A stretch of 61,027 bases of DNA, the filler included, from Chloroflexota bacterium (GTDB lineage: Bacteria; Chloroflexota; Chloroflexia; QHBQ01): assembly GCA_043754535.1 (NCBI GenBank). It is 5 parts of 4 records of this genome, joined end to end, with 100 filler letters (N's around TTAATTAATTAA, not from the genome) between each part and the next. Parts side by side here need not be neighbours in the genome. Positions count along the whole stretch, not along the records: positions 20,345 to 39,933 come from JAYUUN010000093.1; positions 40,034 to 51,058 come from JAYUUN010000093.1; 3 more parts are not named here. One strand, 5' to 3'. Positions 39,501-48,774 of the stretch are shown piece by piece. The first letter of the stretch is position 1; every line of letters begins with the position of its first letter. The notes below the pieces were generated by a model, which searched no databases, was not told the DNA's origin, and worked only from the letters and a program-made list of their open reading frames with translations. Position numbers and translations under genes: made by a program.

Positions 39501-39860
39501 GTAACCAACGCAATCGTGCTGATCGACCGCGTAGAGCAGTTGCGCGGCCAGGGGATGCGGGTCAGCGATGCGCTAACCCAGGCGGCCCGCACTCGCGTGC
39601 GCCCGATCCTGATGACTGCGGTAGCTACCATCCTCGCTCTGCTACCGCTGGCCCTCGGCTTCAACCAGGGGTCGTTGATCGCGGCTGAACTGGCGACCGT
39701 GGTAATCGGCGGCCTGCTTACCTCAACCCTGCTCACCCTACTCGTCGTACCAGTCGTCTACAGCCTGATCGAGGGGCTGAAGCAGCGGCTGGGTGGCAAC
39801 CGCCAGCCAGTAGCCCGCGTTCAGGAGCCAGTGCAGCCCGAAGCTACAGCGGCGGCGTAG
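36528..39860 (+). CDS. RND efflux permease (AcrB/SwrC-like)
   Basis: ELLPDITFP, YPGASP, GRVVDDSIVVLENIYRH, GIVVTNAIVLID, RVRPILMTA. Confidence 0.93.
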   Translation: MSKLTDFSLKRASVIILLILAVVAGGAYTTTRLRTELLPDITFPVLSVITIYPGASPSDVAEGVTRPLEQAMGNTAKLQTLQSTSGENLSLISASFAFGTDMKEAASTVENSLKSVVLPQNAVAARVLRFDFNSFPVVQLSLLSTDSKLTPNQLEQIARDRLVPELAKIDGVFNVEVTGGTTREVQVVFDAAKLRQKKLTAGQVSGILQANNLSFPSGTIEQNGTSVPIRTTNQFTSTAQLENLIVGVELPAGATGAGSGFGGASGAPGGAPSGSGFGGASGAPSGAPGGVSTGSGFSGSQAITGSLPISGTATGAAAFQPKPILLKDIASVVVTDSAASTIVRTNGQTAVGISVSKAREGNTVEISHKIRDTVARLAPDFANQQIKVETIQDQAPTIEESIDGLLKEGLVGALFAILVIFIFLRSVRSTLVTAISLPLSIIATLLIMGWQGLNLNIFTLGGIAIAVGRVVDDSIVVLENIYRHVQMGESPREAAFNGTKEVASAITSSTITTVAVFLPLGLVGGIIGEIFLPFALTVTYALLSSLVIALTVIPVLAMFFINARTVRHEEGDSAVQKLYAPALSLALRHRKLTLLLAVLLFFASSALVPFIPTSFLPNQGSKLATISVSPPPGGSFATLSAKTAQMEAVLADPKTQVATIQSTISTGSSSSASLQAASQGQGTTTASIQVRFKDEADLDARIRDLRATATDLSKDGSRIAVNVLTGGPPTSRLSVILSGQTQDELRQAGEQVTKTLAEVKGLANLSSDVQSARPEIAVQVDPNKAILSGQTTIQLALNIRQILAGSTATTVRLEGSGSPLNVRLLFPADTLGSEAALRSLPIGTGPTGQPVLLGDVATVSTASGPTQVTRYNQRLAATISADIIAEATGPLTLDVNKRLNALALPAGVTREVGGSFAQNSSSFNNLVLALPIAILLVYLVMVITFGSLLTPFIILFSLPLASVGAFVALFITRRPIGISALIGLLLLIGIVVTNAIVLIDRVEQLRGQGMRVSDALTQAARTRVRPILMTAVATILALLPLALGFNQGSLIAAELATVVIGGLLTSTLLTLLVVPVVYSLIEGLKQRLGGNRQPVARVQEPVQPEATAAA
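37299..37398 (+). repeat. 48-bp tandem duplication encoding a G/S/A/P linker in the RND gene
   Basis: AGCGGCTTTGGCGGCGCAAGCGGCGCACC at 37302 and 37350. Confidence 0.85.
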
Positions 39861-39881
39861 AGTCTTTGACCGCAAGTACAA

Positions 39882-39913
39882 AGAAGGGGCTGGGCTTGCG
39901 TCCAGCCCCTCTT
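39882..39913 (+). terminator. terminator after RND
   Basis: AGGGGCTGG..CCAGCCCCT hairpin. Confidence 0.55.
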
Positions 39914-39933
39914 GTGTGTCAGATGAACAGCAA

Positions 39934-40033
39934 NNNNNNNNNNNNNNNNNNNNNNNNNNNNNNNNNNNNNNNNNNNNTTAATTAATTAANNNNNNNNNNN
40001 NNNNNNNNNNNNNNNNNNNNNNNNNNNNNNNNN
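39934..40033. other. artificial contig linker
   Basis: N-TTAATTAATTAA-N. Confidence 0.98.
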
Positions 40034-40618
40034 CAGGTGTTGATCTTCGCCGTCCTCGGCTTCCTACTGGCCTACTTCTACGTCGCCCCACCGATTGCTT
40101 ACGGCTACATCGGGCGTGGCCTCGGCGAAATCGGCGTGCTATTCAGCTTCGGCGTACTGCCTGTGATGGGTGCCTACTATACCCAAACCGGGGTGATCAG
40201 TTGGGCCGCCTTCCTCGCTAGCCTGCCCACTGGCCTGCTGACCACGGCGATCCTGCTCAACCACAGCTTCTTGCAGTGGAGGGCCGACAAGCTGGCGAAC
40301 AAGAACACACCAGTCGTCGCCTTCGGGGTGGATGGTGCGCTCAAGTTCAGTTGGGTGATCGCGATCAGTGCCTACGTCAGTCTGCTCGTGGGTGTGCTGC
40401 TTGGCGTGTTCCCCTGGTTCGCACTACTTGCGCTAATCAGCTTCCCAATTGTGGCAAAGGGCTTGCAGGCTGCCCAGCAGATCAAGGCAGTGCCAGGCTA
40501 CGGTCAACTGATGGCTGCCACCTTCCAGAGCGACGTGCTGACTGGCGCACTGATCGCGGTGTCGCTCCTAGCTGCCACCTTCATTGGCAGCTTCAGCTTC
40601 CTCACCTTCCTGCGCTAA
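40034..40618 (+). CDS. menA: UbiA/MenA family prenyltransferase, 5'-truncated
   Basis: YVAPPIAYGYIGRGLGE, ADKLANKNTPVV, multi-TM. Confidence 0.7.
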   Translation, partial: QVLIFAVLGFLLAYFYVAPPIAYGYIGRGLGEIGVLFSFGVLPVMGAYYTQTGVISWAAFLASLPTGLLTTAILLNHSFLQWRADKLANKNTPVVAFGVDGALKFSWVIAISAYVSLLVGVLLGVFPWFALLALISFPIVAKGLQAAQQIKAVPGYGQLMAATFQSDVLTGALIAVSLLAATFIGSFSFLTFLR

Positions 40619-40632
40619 CCAACCGTCGTTCT

Positions 40633-40663
40633 AGCCCCTCTCTGTTGCCAGAGGGGGGCTTTT
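40633..40663 (+). terminator. rho-independent terminator
   Basis: AGCCCCTCTCTG-ttgc-CAGAGGGGGGCT followed by TTT. Confidence 0.7.
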
Positions 40664-40680
40664 GGCTGTCAGCCAGCGGG

Positions 40681-40722
40681 TTAGCACTCAAACTTGCAGA
40701 GTGCTAAGGCATTTGGTACAAT
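40681..40722 (+). promoter_or_regulatory. CIRCE (HrcA operator) overlapping a sigma70 promoter
   Basis: Perfect TTAGCACTC-N9-GAGTGCTAA at 40681-40707; TTGCAG-17-TACAAT. Confidence 0.92.
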
Positions 40723-40785
40723 TGAGCGTAGAGGCGTACTTGCGCCAGCAGTAAACAGGCCACTCAACCAGGGGAGTCTAGTACA

Positions 40786-41181
40786 ATGCCAATTTACGTA
40801 TACCGTTGCCCCGATTGTGGCAGCCAGTTTGAGAAGCGGCAGGGCTTTGATGCCGAGCCAATCTACACTTGCGAATGTGGAGCCACGGCCAAGCGTGTAC
40901 TGCAAGCCACGGGGATCGTCTTCAAGGGGACGGGCTGGTATATGAGCGACAGCACTGCTAGCAAGTCGAGCCGCTGGGGTGCCGTAGACAGCGGCGAGGG
41001 CAACAGCGAACCGTCCGCCAGTGAGGGCAAGGCAGAGGGCAAGGCGGAAGGCAAGGCAGAGGGCAAGGCAGAAGGCAAGGCGGAGGCTAAGGCAGAGGGC
41101 AAGGCGGAGGCTAAGGCAGAGGGCAAGAGCGAAGCCAAAGCCGACAGCAAGAGCGACACGCCCAGCACCGCCAGCAGCTAG
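40786..41181 (+). CDS. FmdB-family zinc-ribbon protein with disordered AEGK-repeat tail
   Basis: MPIYVYRCPDCG..CECG..IVFKGTGWY. Confidence 0.9.
   Translation: MPIYVYRCPDCGSQFEKRQGFDAEPIYTCECGATAKRVLQATGIVFKGTGWYMSDSTASKSSRWGAVDSGEGNSEPSASEGKAEGKAEGKAEGKAEGKAEAKAEGKAEAKAEGKSEAKADSKSDTPSTASS
41023..41139 (+). repeat. 12-bp coding tandem repeat (AEGK/AEAK)
   Basis: About 10 degenerate copies of GCRGARGGCAAG. Confidence 0.9.
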
Positions 41182-41212
41182 CTAGAACCCGCCAGCCGAC
41201 GGAGGGTGAGTG

Positions 41213-41956
41213 ATGGAGCTACTTTACGGGCGCAATGCTGTGCGCGAGGCACTGCGGGCCGGGCGGCGCAATGTTCACCGCCTGCTGCTGGCCGAAGGGG
41301 TCAAGAGCGAGAGCAGCAGCACCTTGGAGCAGGCAATAGCCCTGGCGAAAGTAGCGGCGGTGCGGGTGGAGAACACCCCACGTGAACGCCTGGACCAGCT
41401 TACTAGCGGAGCCAACCACCAGGGGATTGCCCTGGAAGTGAGTGACTACCCGCTAGCCGACTTCGACGACATCCTGGCCGCCCTGGATGTAACTACCAAT
41501 CCCCTCCTGCTCGCTCTTGACCACCTGCAAGACCCCCAGAACGTCGGTACCCTCCTGCGTGCTGCCGAGGCAGTGGGGGTGGCTGCGGTACTGCTGCCCA
41601 ACCGCCGCGCCGCCAGTATCACCCCCGCGGTCAGCAACTCCTCTGCTGGGGCGGTTGAACACCTCCAGATCGCCGAGATAACCAACCTGCCACGCACTAT
41701 CGAGCAGTTGCAGGCCAAAAGTGTCTGGGTAGCGGGGCTAGACGAGACTGGCGATCACCTGTTTGAGAGTGCTGACCTGACTGGCCCGCTGTTGATTGTG
41801 GTTGGCAGCGAGGGGAGCGGCCTGCAACGCCTGACCCGCGAGAAGTGCGACTTCCTGGTGCGCCTACCAATGCACGGTCAGGTCGAGTCGCTCAATGCTG
41901 CTGTCGCGGGTAGCATCGCCCTCTACGAGTCGTTGCGCCAACGTGGGCCACGCTGA
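41213..41956 (+). CDS. rlmB: 23S rRNA Gm2251 methyltransferase (TrmH family)
   Basis: YGRNAVRE, NHQGI, DPQNVGTLLR, GSEGSG, SLNAAVA. Confidence 0.9.
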   Translation: MELLYGRNAVREALRAGRRNVHRLLLAEGVKSESSSTLEQAIALAKVAAVRVENTPRERLDQLTSGANHQGIALEVSDYPLADFDDILAALDVTTNPLLLALDHLQDPQNVGTLLRAAEAVGVAAVLLPNRRAASITPAVSNSSAGAVEHLQIAEITNLPRTIEQLQAKSVWVAGLDETGDHLFESADLTGPLLIVVGSEGSGLQRLTREKCDFLVRLPMHGQVESLNAAVAGSIALYESLRQRGPR

Positions 41957-42056
41957 AGTGACAACTTACGCGGGCAAGAAGATAGACCTAGACTACTTCG
42001 GCGAAGAATAGCGGCCATAATGCGTACTTTGGTGCGCTCTCTTTTGAGGGAATCCG

Positions 42057-42954
42057 ATGTCCATCCCCGACGTGCAAGCTCTATTGCTGACGCTACTGCG
42101 GTCGCTGGAAGACCGCCACGAACATGGGCTAGAGCAGTTGAGCAGTCAGCTTGCCGCCCAGTTCGGCATGGGCCTGGCGGATGATGAGCAGCAAGCACGC
42201 TTCAGCAACCGGGTGGCAAACGCCCGCGACGAGTTGAGCAACCTGCGGCTGCTGCGGCGCACCAGTTGGGGACGGCTGCGAATCACCAAGCTGGGACTAC
42301 GTACGCTGCGGGGCAAGCCGGGCAAGCAGCCGGGCCGCCTGCCAAAGGGGATAGCCAGCAAGCAGCCGCTGATTGCGACCAGCGAATTGCTAGCCACTCC
42401 ACCCCAGGCTGCCCCTCTCAAGGAGCGCATCGAGGCTGACTATCTGGCCTTGCAGAAGCTGCTCGGTGACGAATTGATCGCCCGCATCTTGCAGGCCTCC
42501 CCCCGCCTGTTCGAGTACCTCTGCGTTGATCTGCTGGTGGCGATGGGATACAGCGGCGGCTCGCGCAAGGAGGTGAACGCGCAGGTGACGAAGGCGAGCG
42601 GTGACGAGGGCATTGACGGCATTGTGCGGGGCAACGACAAGCTCAACCTCTATACTGTCTACATCCAGGCCAAACGCTACCAGCCATCCGGTTGGGCGGC
42701 CAATGTTGCAGGAGTTCGAGGGGTCACTGGCGGGTATCCGCAAGGCAGTGATCGGCGTGTTCATCACCACCAGCCGCTTTACCCGCGAAGTAAAGGAGTA
42801 TGTGGCAAAGATCGACCGCCAGATCGTGTTGATCGACGGCAAGCAGCTAGTAGACTTGATGATCGAGTACAAACTGGGCGTGATCGAGGAAGCGAGCTAC
42901 ACCCTCAGCCGCCTGGACGAGGGCTACTTCCAGAGGTACGCGGGGCAGAAGTAG
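42057..42954 (+). pseudogene. mrr: Mrr type IV restriction endonuclease, frameshifted near 42685
   Basis: Mrr_N, FEYLCVDLLVAMGY, GDEGIDG, IQAKRY in one frame; VGRPMLQEF..GVFITTSRF..LIDG..LMIEY in the +1 frame. Confidence 0.85.
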
Positions 42955-42995
42955 AGGGCGCAGCATGGAAGTAGTGCGCCCTCTCACCTTATTGG

Positions 42996-43361
42996 CTACT
43001 TAGTGCGTTTGACGATGTGCCAACCGTAGGGGCTGGTAGTGGTATCGAAGTCGGCGATACCTACGCCGCCCACTTCGAGCGGGAAGCCCGCGTTGCCGAA
43101 GGCAGGTACCATCTGGGTGCGCTGGTATTCGCCTTGAGCGGGCTTGACCCCTTTGTTGGACATCCCATAGATGCCAGGGTGCGAGTCGTCGGTGTACTGC
43201 TTCACCAGCCCGTCAAAGTCGGTTCCACCCTGGGCCTGGCTCAGGAGGTCATAGGCAAGGGTCTTGGCCTCCTCCTTGCTGCGGCTGATTGGCTTGCCAG
43301 GGACGCTGCCCTTGAAGCCGATCAGGATGTGTTGTACCTGGATGTGTTCTGCTTCAGCCAT
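42996..43361 (-). CDS. parvulin-type peptidyl-prolyl isomerase
   Basis: VQHILI, MVPAF, SPYGWHIV; AAGGAG RBS. Confidence 0.9.
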   Translation of the reverse strand: MAEAEHIQVQHILIGFKGSVPGKPISRSKEEAKTLAYDLLSQAQGGTDFDGLVKQYTDDSHPGIYGMSNKGVKPAQGEYQRTQMVPAFGNAGFPLEVGGVGIADFDTTTSPYGWHIVKRTK

Positions 43362-43460
43362 GTTGTGAATACTCCTTTGTTGAGATGAGGATTGATGAGC
43401 AAGGGGCGTGCCGTTGCCCAAAATCGCTGACACTACCCATTGGATGGTGTATAGTTGCCA

Positions 43461-43649
43461 TAGGCGTGACCTCAAAAGGGGAGAGGCCTTCTGCGGGGAG
43501 CGAAAGCTGCCCCCTTTTCATTGCCTACAACCTGACGATGCCAAGCGGATCGTCCTTTGAAGCTACTTTGCACAGTACGGGGTCTAGCTAGAGAAAGTAG
43601 CGATCCCCCGTGTAGCACAAGCGGGGCAGGTGTCGCCACCCGCCCCTAC
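43461..43649 (+). ncRNA. candidate unclassified structured small RNA
   Basis: CTGACA-17-TATAGT upstream, several stems including a GAAA tetraloop, terminal hairpin, no convincing ORF. Confidence 0.35.
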
Positions 43650-43675
43650 TACTACTTGCTACTTCCCTCCGCCGA

Positions 43676-46600
43676 TCAACTGCACCCCGTCGTCGCGCCG
43701 CAACTATCGCACTTCATGCAGGTGCCGTTGCGAACAAGGGTGAACTGGCCGCACTCTGGGCAGTCCTCCCCCTCATAGCCCTTCAGCTTCGCCTCGGCCT
43801 GCTGGCTGGCGGTGCTACGAACGAGAGTGATCGTGCTGGCTAGTGCAACCGCCGTACTGTTGCCATGGCCGTTACTGACCAGCGGGCTGCTGACGGCGTG
43901 GCTGTCACTGGCGTGCGCGTCGGCAGTGTGGCCGTTGCCTGCCAGCCTGTCTAGCGGACGCAGGTGGCTGCTGGGGGCGGCAGGTCCAGCGTTGATGATC
44001 GCGTGGGTTGGCTCAAGCTGGCGTACCGCGTCGCTGCGGATCGCTTCGCCATCGTCGCCAGGGATGTGCGCGAGATCGAGGCGGTCGAGGTAGCTAATCG
44101 CCAGTTCGCGGAAGATGTAGTCGATCACCGAGGTCGCCATCTTGATGTGGTCGTTGCCCGCTACCATGCCGTTCGGCTCAAAGCGGGTGTAGACAAAGGC
44201 ATCCACAAACTCCTCCAGCGGCACGCCGTACTGCAAGCCGAGGCTGATAGCGATGCTGAAGCAATTCATCAGGCTGCGGAAGGCCGCGCCCTCCTTGTGC
44301 ATATCGATGAAGATTTCGCCGAGGGTGCCGTCTTCGTACTCACCGGTGCGGACGTAGATTTTGTGGCCGGTAATGCGTGCCTTCTGGGTGTACCCGCTGC
44401 GGCGATTCGGTAGGCGGCGGCGCACCACAGCCTGCTGCACTTCACTGGCGTAGCTGGCAGCTAGCTGCTCCACCTGCGCGGCAAAGCCAGGCGTGCTGGC
44501 GGCTACCTCCTCCAACGTCTCCTCGTCCGCTATGTCGTCCTCGCTACCGCTGTTAAGCGGCTGGCTGAGCTTCGAGCCATCGCGATAGAGCGCGACCGCC
44601 TTGAGACAGAGCCGCCAACTCTGCATATACGCCTCCTCCACGTCGCGGATCGTTGCCTCGCTGGGCATATTGATCGTCTTGGAGATCGCGCCACTGATGA
44701 AGGGCTGGGCCGCCGCCATCATTTGCAGGTGAGCCGAGGCCGCCAGGTAGCGTTGGCCCTTGCGCCCGCAGCGGTTGGCGCAGTCGAAGACGGGGAGGTG
44801 TTCATCACGCAGGCCGGGCGCGCCCTCCACCGTCATCGTGCCACACACATAGTCGTTGGCCGCGCTGATCTCGTCCTTGCTGAAGCCGAGCGTGCCGAGC
44901 AGGTTGCCAGCCGCGATTTGCTCCGCAGTCAGGTGTAGCTGATCGCGCAAGAACTCCTCGCCCAGCGTCCAGGGGTTGACGGCGAACTCAAGCTCGAAGG
45001 CGGTTGGCAGGGCCGCTTCCAGCCGCTGGAGAGCCGCGTCGTCGAAACCTCGCGTCCGCAGCGTCTCATGGTTGATCGCTGGCGCACCTAGCAGGCTACC
45101 GTGACCAATAGTGTACTTGATGATCGCGTCGATCTGCGCCTCCGTGTAGCCGAGCAAGCGCAGGGCGGGCGGCACCGATTGGTTGACGATCTTGAAGTAG
45201 CCACCACCCGCCAGCTTCTTGAACTTCACCAGAGCGAAATCTGGCTCGATGCCTGTGGTGTCGCAGTCCATGATCAGGCCGATAGTACCAGTTGGGGCCA
45301 GCACGCTGACCTGCGCGTTGCGGTAGCCATGTGCCTCGCCTGCATTCAACGCCTCGTCCCACACCCTACGGGCTGCTGCCAGCAGGGATGCAGGGCTAAG
45401 GGCAGGGCTTATGCCACGCGGGGTGACAGTCAGCCCCTCGTACTCGGCGGCGGCGGCGTTGTAAGCAGCCCGGCGGTGGTTGCGGATCACCCGCAGCATC
45501 GGCTCGCGGTTGGCCTCGAAGCGAGCGAATGCGCCCACCTCACCGGCAATGGCGGCGGACTGAGCGTAGGCGGCCCCAGTCATCAGCGCAGTGATTGCAG
45601 CACAGATAGCATAGCCCTGCGATGAACCGTAGCCGATACCCAACTGCATCAGCAGTGCGCCGAGGTTGGCATAGCCGAGGCCGAGGGTGCGGTACTTGTA
45701 GCTGCGTTCGGCGATCTCCTGACTGGGGTACTGGCCCATCAGCACGCTGATCTCCAAGACCATGGTCCAGAGGCGGCAGGCGTACTCCAGGTCGGCAATC
45801 TTGACCGCTTCGCCAGCGACATCGCTCTTGAAGGTAAGCAGATTGAGGCTAGCCAGGTTGCAGGCGGTATCATCCAGAAACATATATTCGCTGCACGGGT
45901 TGCTAGCATTGATAACACCATCGTTGCTGCTAGTATGCCACTCGTTGATCGTAGTGTCATACTGAAGACCAGGGTCGGCAGAGGCCCAGGCTGCGGCGGC
46001 AATCTTCTGCCAGAGGTCGCGGGCCTTGAGCGTCTTGCTCACCTTGCCGTTGGTGCGGAAGGTTAGTTGCCAATCGCCATCCGCAGCTACCGCCTGCAAG
46101 AAGGCATTGCTGACCCGCACACTGTTGTTAGAGTTCTGCCCAGCCACGGTCATGTAGGCCTCGCTATCCCAATCGGTGGTGTACTCAGGGAACTGGAAGC
46201 CCTCGAAGCCCTGGGTTGCCGCCTGCAAGACGCGCTGGATCATCCCCTCTGGCACGCCAGCCTGCCTTGCGCGGCGGATCGCCCGCTTGTGTTCTACTAG
46301 CAGGCTCGGCCCCTGCCCATTCACCCCCTCGGCGTGCGCGTTGAGGTAGCTGGTGGCAATCTCGGTCAGGTGCTTGCGGCAGAGCTTGCTACCCGCAACC
46401 AGGGCGGCTACCTTCTGCTCCTCGATCACCTTCCAGTCAATAAACTGCTCAATATCGGGGTGATCTACGTTGAGGATCACCATCTTGGCGGCACGTCGGG
46501 TGGTGCCACCGCTCTTGATCGCCCCGGCTGCGCGGTCGCCGATCTTGAGAAAGCTGATCAGCCCACTCGACTTGCCACCGCCGGACAGTGGCTCGTTCTC

Positions 46601-47302
46601 ACCACGGATAGAGCTAAAGTTACTGCCGGTGCCAGAACCGTACTTGAAGATGCGCGCTTCCCGCGTCCACAAGTCCATAATGCCGCCCTCGTTCACCAGG
46701 TCGTCACTAACCGACTGGATGAAGCAGGCGGAGGGCTGAGGCCGCTCGTAGGCACTGGTGCTGCGGTGGACTGCTCCCTGCTCGTCGGCGTAGTAGTGGC
46801 CCTGGGCCGGGCCTACGATGCCGTAGGCCCAGTGTAGCCCCGTGTTGAACCATTGCGGCGAGTTCGGGGCGGCCATCTGGCGGGCCAGCATGAAGCAAAG
46901 TTCTTCGTAGAAGGTGCGCGCGTCCGCCTCGCTGCTGAAGTATCCCGCCCGCCAGCCCCAGTAGGTCCAGGTGCCAGCCATGCGGCGGAAGACCTGCCGC
47001 GAGTCGGTCTCGCCACACGACCTGCTACTGTCTACGCCCTCGTCTGGCACACTGCGCCAGAGCCATTCTGGTACGCCTTGCTCCTCCACTGGCTTCAGCG
47101 TGGCGGCTACCCCAGCCTTGCGGAAATACTTCTGGGCTAGGATGTCCACCGCCACCTGCGACCAGCTATCTGGCACCATCACGTTTTCGGCCTTGAAGAC
47201 TACCGAGCCGTCGGGGTTGCTGATTTTCGAGGTTCGTGCTACAAAGTTGATACCTGCGTAGGGGTCACTGCCCTCTCGCGTAAAGTGACGAACGATCCGC
47301 AT
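43676..47302 (-). CDS. nrdJ: class II (B12-dependent) ribonucleotide reductase
   Basis: [40 protein letters not shown]-like domain, C-terminal CxxC..CxxC. Confidence 0.96.
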   Translation of the reverse strand: MRIVRHFTREGSDPYAGINFVARTSKISNPDGSVVFKAENVMVPDSWSQVAVDILAQKYFRKAGVAATLKPVEEQGVPEWLWRSVPDEGVDSSRSCGETDSRQVFRRMAGTWTYWGWRAGYFSSEADARTFYEELCFMLARQMAAPNSPQWFNTGLHWAYGIVGPAQGHYYADEQGAVHRSTSAYERPQPSACFIQSVSDDLVNEGGIMDLWTREARIFKYGSGTGSNFSSIRGENEPLSGGGKSSGLISFLKIGDRAAGAIKSGGTTRRAAKMVILNVDHPDIEQFIDWKVIEEQKVAALVAGSKLCRKHLTEIATSYLNAHAEGVNGQGPSLLVEHKRAIRRARQAGVPEGMIQRVLQAATQGFEGFQFPEYTTDWDSEAYMTVAGQNSNNSVRVSNAFLQAVAADGDWQLTFRTNGKVSKTLKARDLWQKIAAAAWASADPGLQYDTTINEWHTSSNDGVINASNPCSEYMFLDDTACNLASLNLLTFKSDVAGEAVKIADLEYACRLWTMVLEISVLMGQYPSQEIAERSYKYRTLGLGYANLGALLMQLGIGYGSSQGYAICAAITALMTGAAYAQSAAIAGEVGAFARFEANREPMLRVIRNHRRAAYNAAAAEYEGLTVTPRGISPALSPASLLAAARRVWDEALNAGEAHGYRNAQVSVLAPTGTIGLIMDCDTTGIEPDFALVKFKKLAGGGYFKIVNQSVPPALRLLGYTEAQIDAIIKYTIGHGSLLGAPAINHETLRTRGFDDAALQRLEAALPTAFELEFAVNPWTLGEEFLRDQLHLTAEQIAAGNLLGTLGFSKDEISAANDYVCGTMTVEGAPGLRDEHLPVFDCANRCGRKGQRYLAASAHLQMMAAAQPFISGAISKTINMPSEATIRDVEEAYMQSWRLCLKAVALYRDGSKLSQPLNSGSEDDIADEETLEEVAASTPGFAAQVEQLAASYASEVQQAVVRRRLPNRRSGYTQKARITGHKIYVRTGEYEDGTLGEIFIDMHKEGAAFRSLMNCFSIAISLGLQYGVPLEEFVDAFVYTRFEPNGMVAGNDHIKMATSVIDYIFRELAISYLDRLDLAHIPGDDGEAIRSDAVRQLEPTHAIINAGPAAPSSHLRPLDRLAGNGHTADAHASDSHAVSSPLVSNGHGNSTAVALASTITLVRSTASQQAEAKLKGYEGEDCPECGQFTLVRNGTCMKCDSCGATTGCS

Positions 47303-47396
47303 GGATATACTCCTTGAACTTAAATGTTGATTGATGTTCAGCGGCGGGCGCAAGGCCGCACCTATCCACTTCCCGCCTAGCACTACTTACTGCCTG

Positions 47397-47783
47397 CTAC
47401 TCTGCCACCGCGTCCTGCTCGGCAAAAAGCTCCTGGGCCAGATAGGCAGCGTTCAGGGCGGCAGGGAAGCCCGCGTAGACGGCCATCTGGATGATTATCT
47501 CGACCAACTCCACACGGCTACAGCCAACGTTGAGCGCAGCCGCCATATGAAACTTTAGTTGGGCGGGCGCGTTGCCCAGAGCGGTCAGGGCGGCAACGGT
47601 AGCTATCTCACGGCTCTTTAGCTCCAGGCCAGGGCGGGAGACAACATCGCCAAAGGCAAACTCGACGGTGTAGCGGGCCAGGTCGGGAGCAACAGCATTC
47701 AAGCGGTCTACTACTCGCTGCCCGCCCACCGCATCCAACTGCGCCAGCGTACGCCAGCCGCGTTCATAACGATCTTCGTTCAT
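47397..47783 (-). CDS. carboxymuconolactone decarboxylase family protein
   Basis: EFAFGDV.SRPGL..REIATVAAL, HMAAALNVG, YAGFPAA. Confidence 0.88.
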   Translation of the reverse strand: MNEDRYERGWRTLAQLDAVGGQRVVDRLNAVAPDLARYTVEFAFGDVVSRPGLELKSREIATVAALTALGNAPAQLKFHMAAALNVGCSRVELVEIIIQMAVYAGFPAALNAAYLAQELFAEQDAVAE

Positions 47784-48351
47784 CCGCTACCTCCTTGAGG
47801 CTGCTAGCTGCGCGTCGCCCCTTCTTTGCTGCGGTACGGCGGGGGCGGCCCACCCGCCGCGAGCCGTCGTCCAACACTGCCGCTGGTTCAGCAGCCAGCT
47901 TCGGCTCCTCCAACGACTCTAGCTCCTGGCGCAGACTGCCAATGTCGCGGAAGTTGCGGTAGACGCTGGCGAAGCGGATGTAGGCCACATGGTCTAGCTT
48001 ACGCAGCTTCTCCAACACCAGTTCGCCGATCATCTGGCTGGGAACTTCGCTCTCCCCCGTGCGGAAGATGGTCGCTTCGATCTCGTCAACCATGTTGGTG
48101 ATCGCTTGCCTGCTGATCGGTCGCTTGGAGCAGGAGATCATGATCTTCTCCAACAGCTTCTCGCGGCTGTACTCCTCGCGGCGGGTATCCTTCTTGATTA
48201 CCGCAATGCTGACTGGCTGCACCCGCTCGTAGGTGGTGAAGCGTTGACTGCAAGCCATGCACTCGCGGCGACGGCGGATGCCATCATTGTCGGCAGTGTC
48301 CCGCGAGTCGATCACCCGCGAGTCGTCCTGGTGGCAGTAGGGACAGCGCAT
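47764..48351 (-). CDS. nrdR: transcriptional repressor NrdR
   Basis: MRCPYC..VIDSR..IRRRRECMACSQRFTTYE, ATP cone, AYIRFASVYR. Confidence 0.96.
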   Translation of the reverse strand: MRCPYCHQDDSRVIDSRDTADNDGIRRRRECMACSQRFTTYERVQPVSIAVIKKDTRREEYSREKLLEKIMISCSKRPISRQAITNMVDEIEATIFRTGESEVPSQMIGELVLEKLRKLDHVAYIRFASVYRNFRDIGSLRQELESLEEPKLAAEPAAVLDDGSRRVGRPRRTAAKKGRRAASSLKEVADERRSL

Positions 48352-48457
48352 AAGTTAGCCTCGATTGCGATAACGCGGCCTGTTCTTGCCAATTCGCAAG
48401 AAAGCTGAGCCGAAGCGGGTGCCAGGTAGCTGCCCACCCGCCGCTGAAGGCTGGTGG

Positions 48458-48529
48458 AGACTACATCTTGGGTTTGGGGACGACTAAAAGCACAAGATAA
48501 AGGGTATCACAAGATGTTGTGTCTGTCAA
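48458..48529 (-). promoter_or_regulatory. NrdR boxes overlapping the nrdR operon promoter
   Basis: 16-mers AGACTACATCTTGGGT (48458), GCACAAGATAAAGGGT (48490), TCACAAGATGTTGTGT (48507) resemble acaCwAtATaTwGtgt; TTGACA-17-TACCCT. Confidence 0.75.
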
Positions 48530-48534
48530 GGGGT

Positions 48535-48750
48535 TTATCCACAAATTGCCCCTCTTATCCACCAGAATCAGGGGGTTTGTCCACAAACGACCGCTGCAAG
48601 CTGGCAAGCGCACAGAATGGTAGAACACGTGTACTATTCTTCACATTTTGGCAAATTGGTGGCGGCTACCTATTGCATTTTGGCAGAAAATGAGTATAAT
48701 GTGGATAAGTGGGGTGCAAAGTGGGGAAAAGTGGGGAAGAAAGTGGATAA
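48535..48750. promoter_or_regulatory. cluster of DnaA-box-like 9-mers
   Basis: TTATCCACA 48535, TTATCCACC 48555, TTGTCCACA 48577, TGTGGATAA 48700, AGTGGATAA 48742. Confidence 0.65.
48673..48750 (+). promoter_or_regulatory. dcw promoter with MraZ-binding GTGG repeats
   Basis: TTGCAT-16-TATAAT followed by GTGG at 48701, 48709, 48721, 48731, 48743. Confidence 0.7.
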
Positions 48751-48774
48751 CTTCCTCCCTTCCAAGCGCAACCA

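Noticed and set aside
43495..43545. Hammerhead ribozyme (GAAA and CUGACGA present)
   Set aside because: Stems I-III could not be built around the core
43676..47302. Intein in the large NrdJ
   Set aside because: No intein splice motifs or LAGLIDADG blocks seen; length is explained by the TSCPD-like and zinc-ribbon domains
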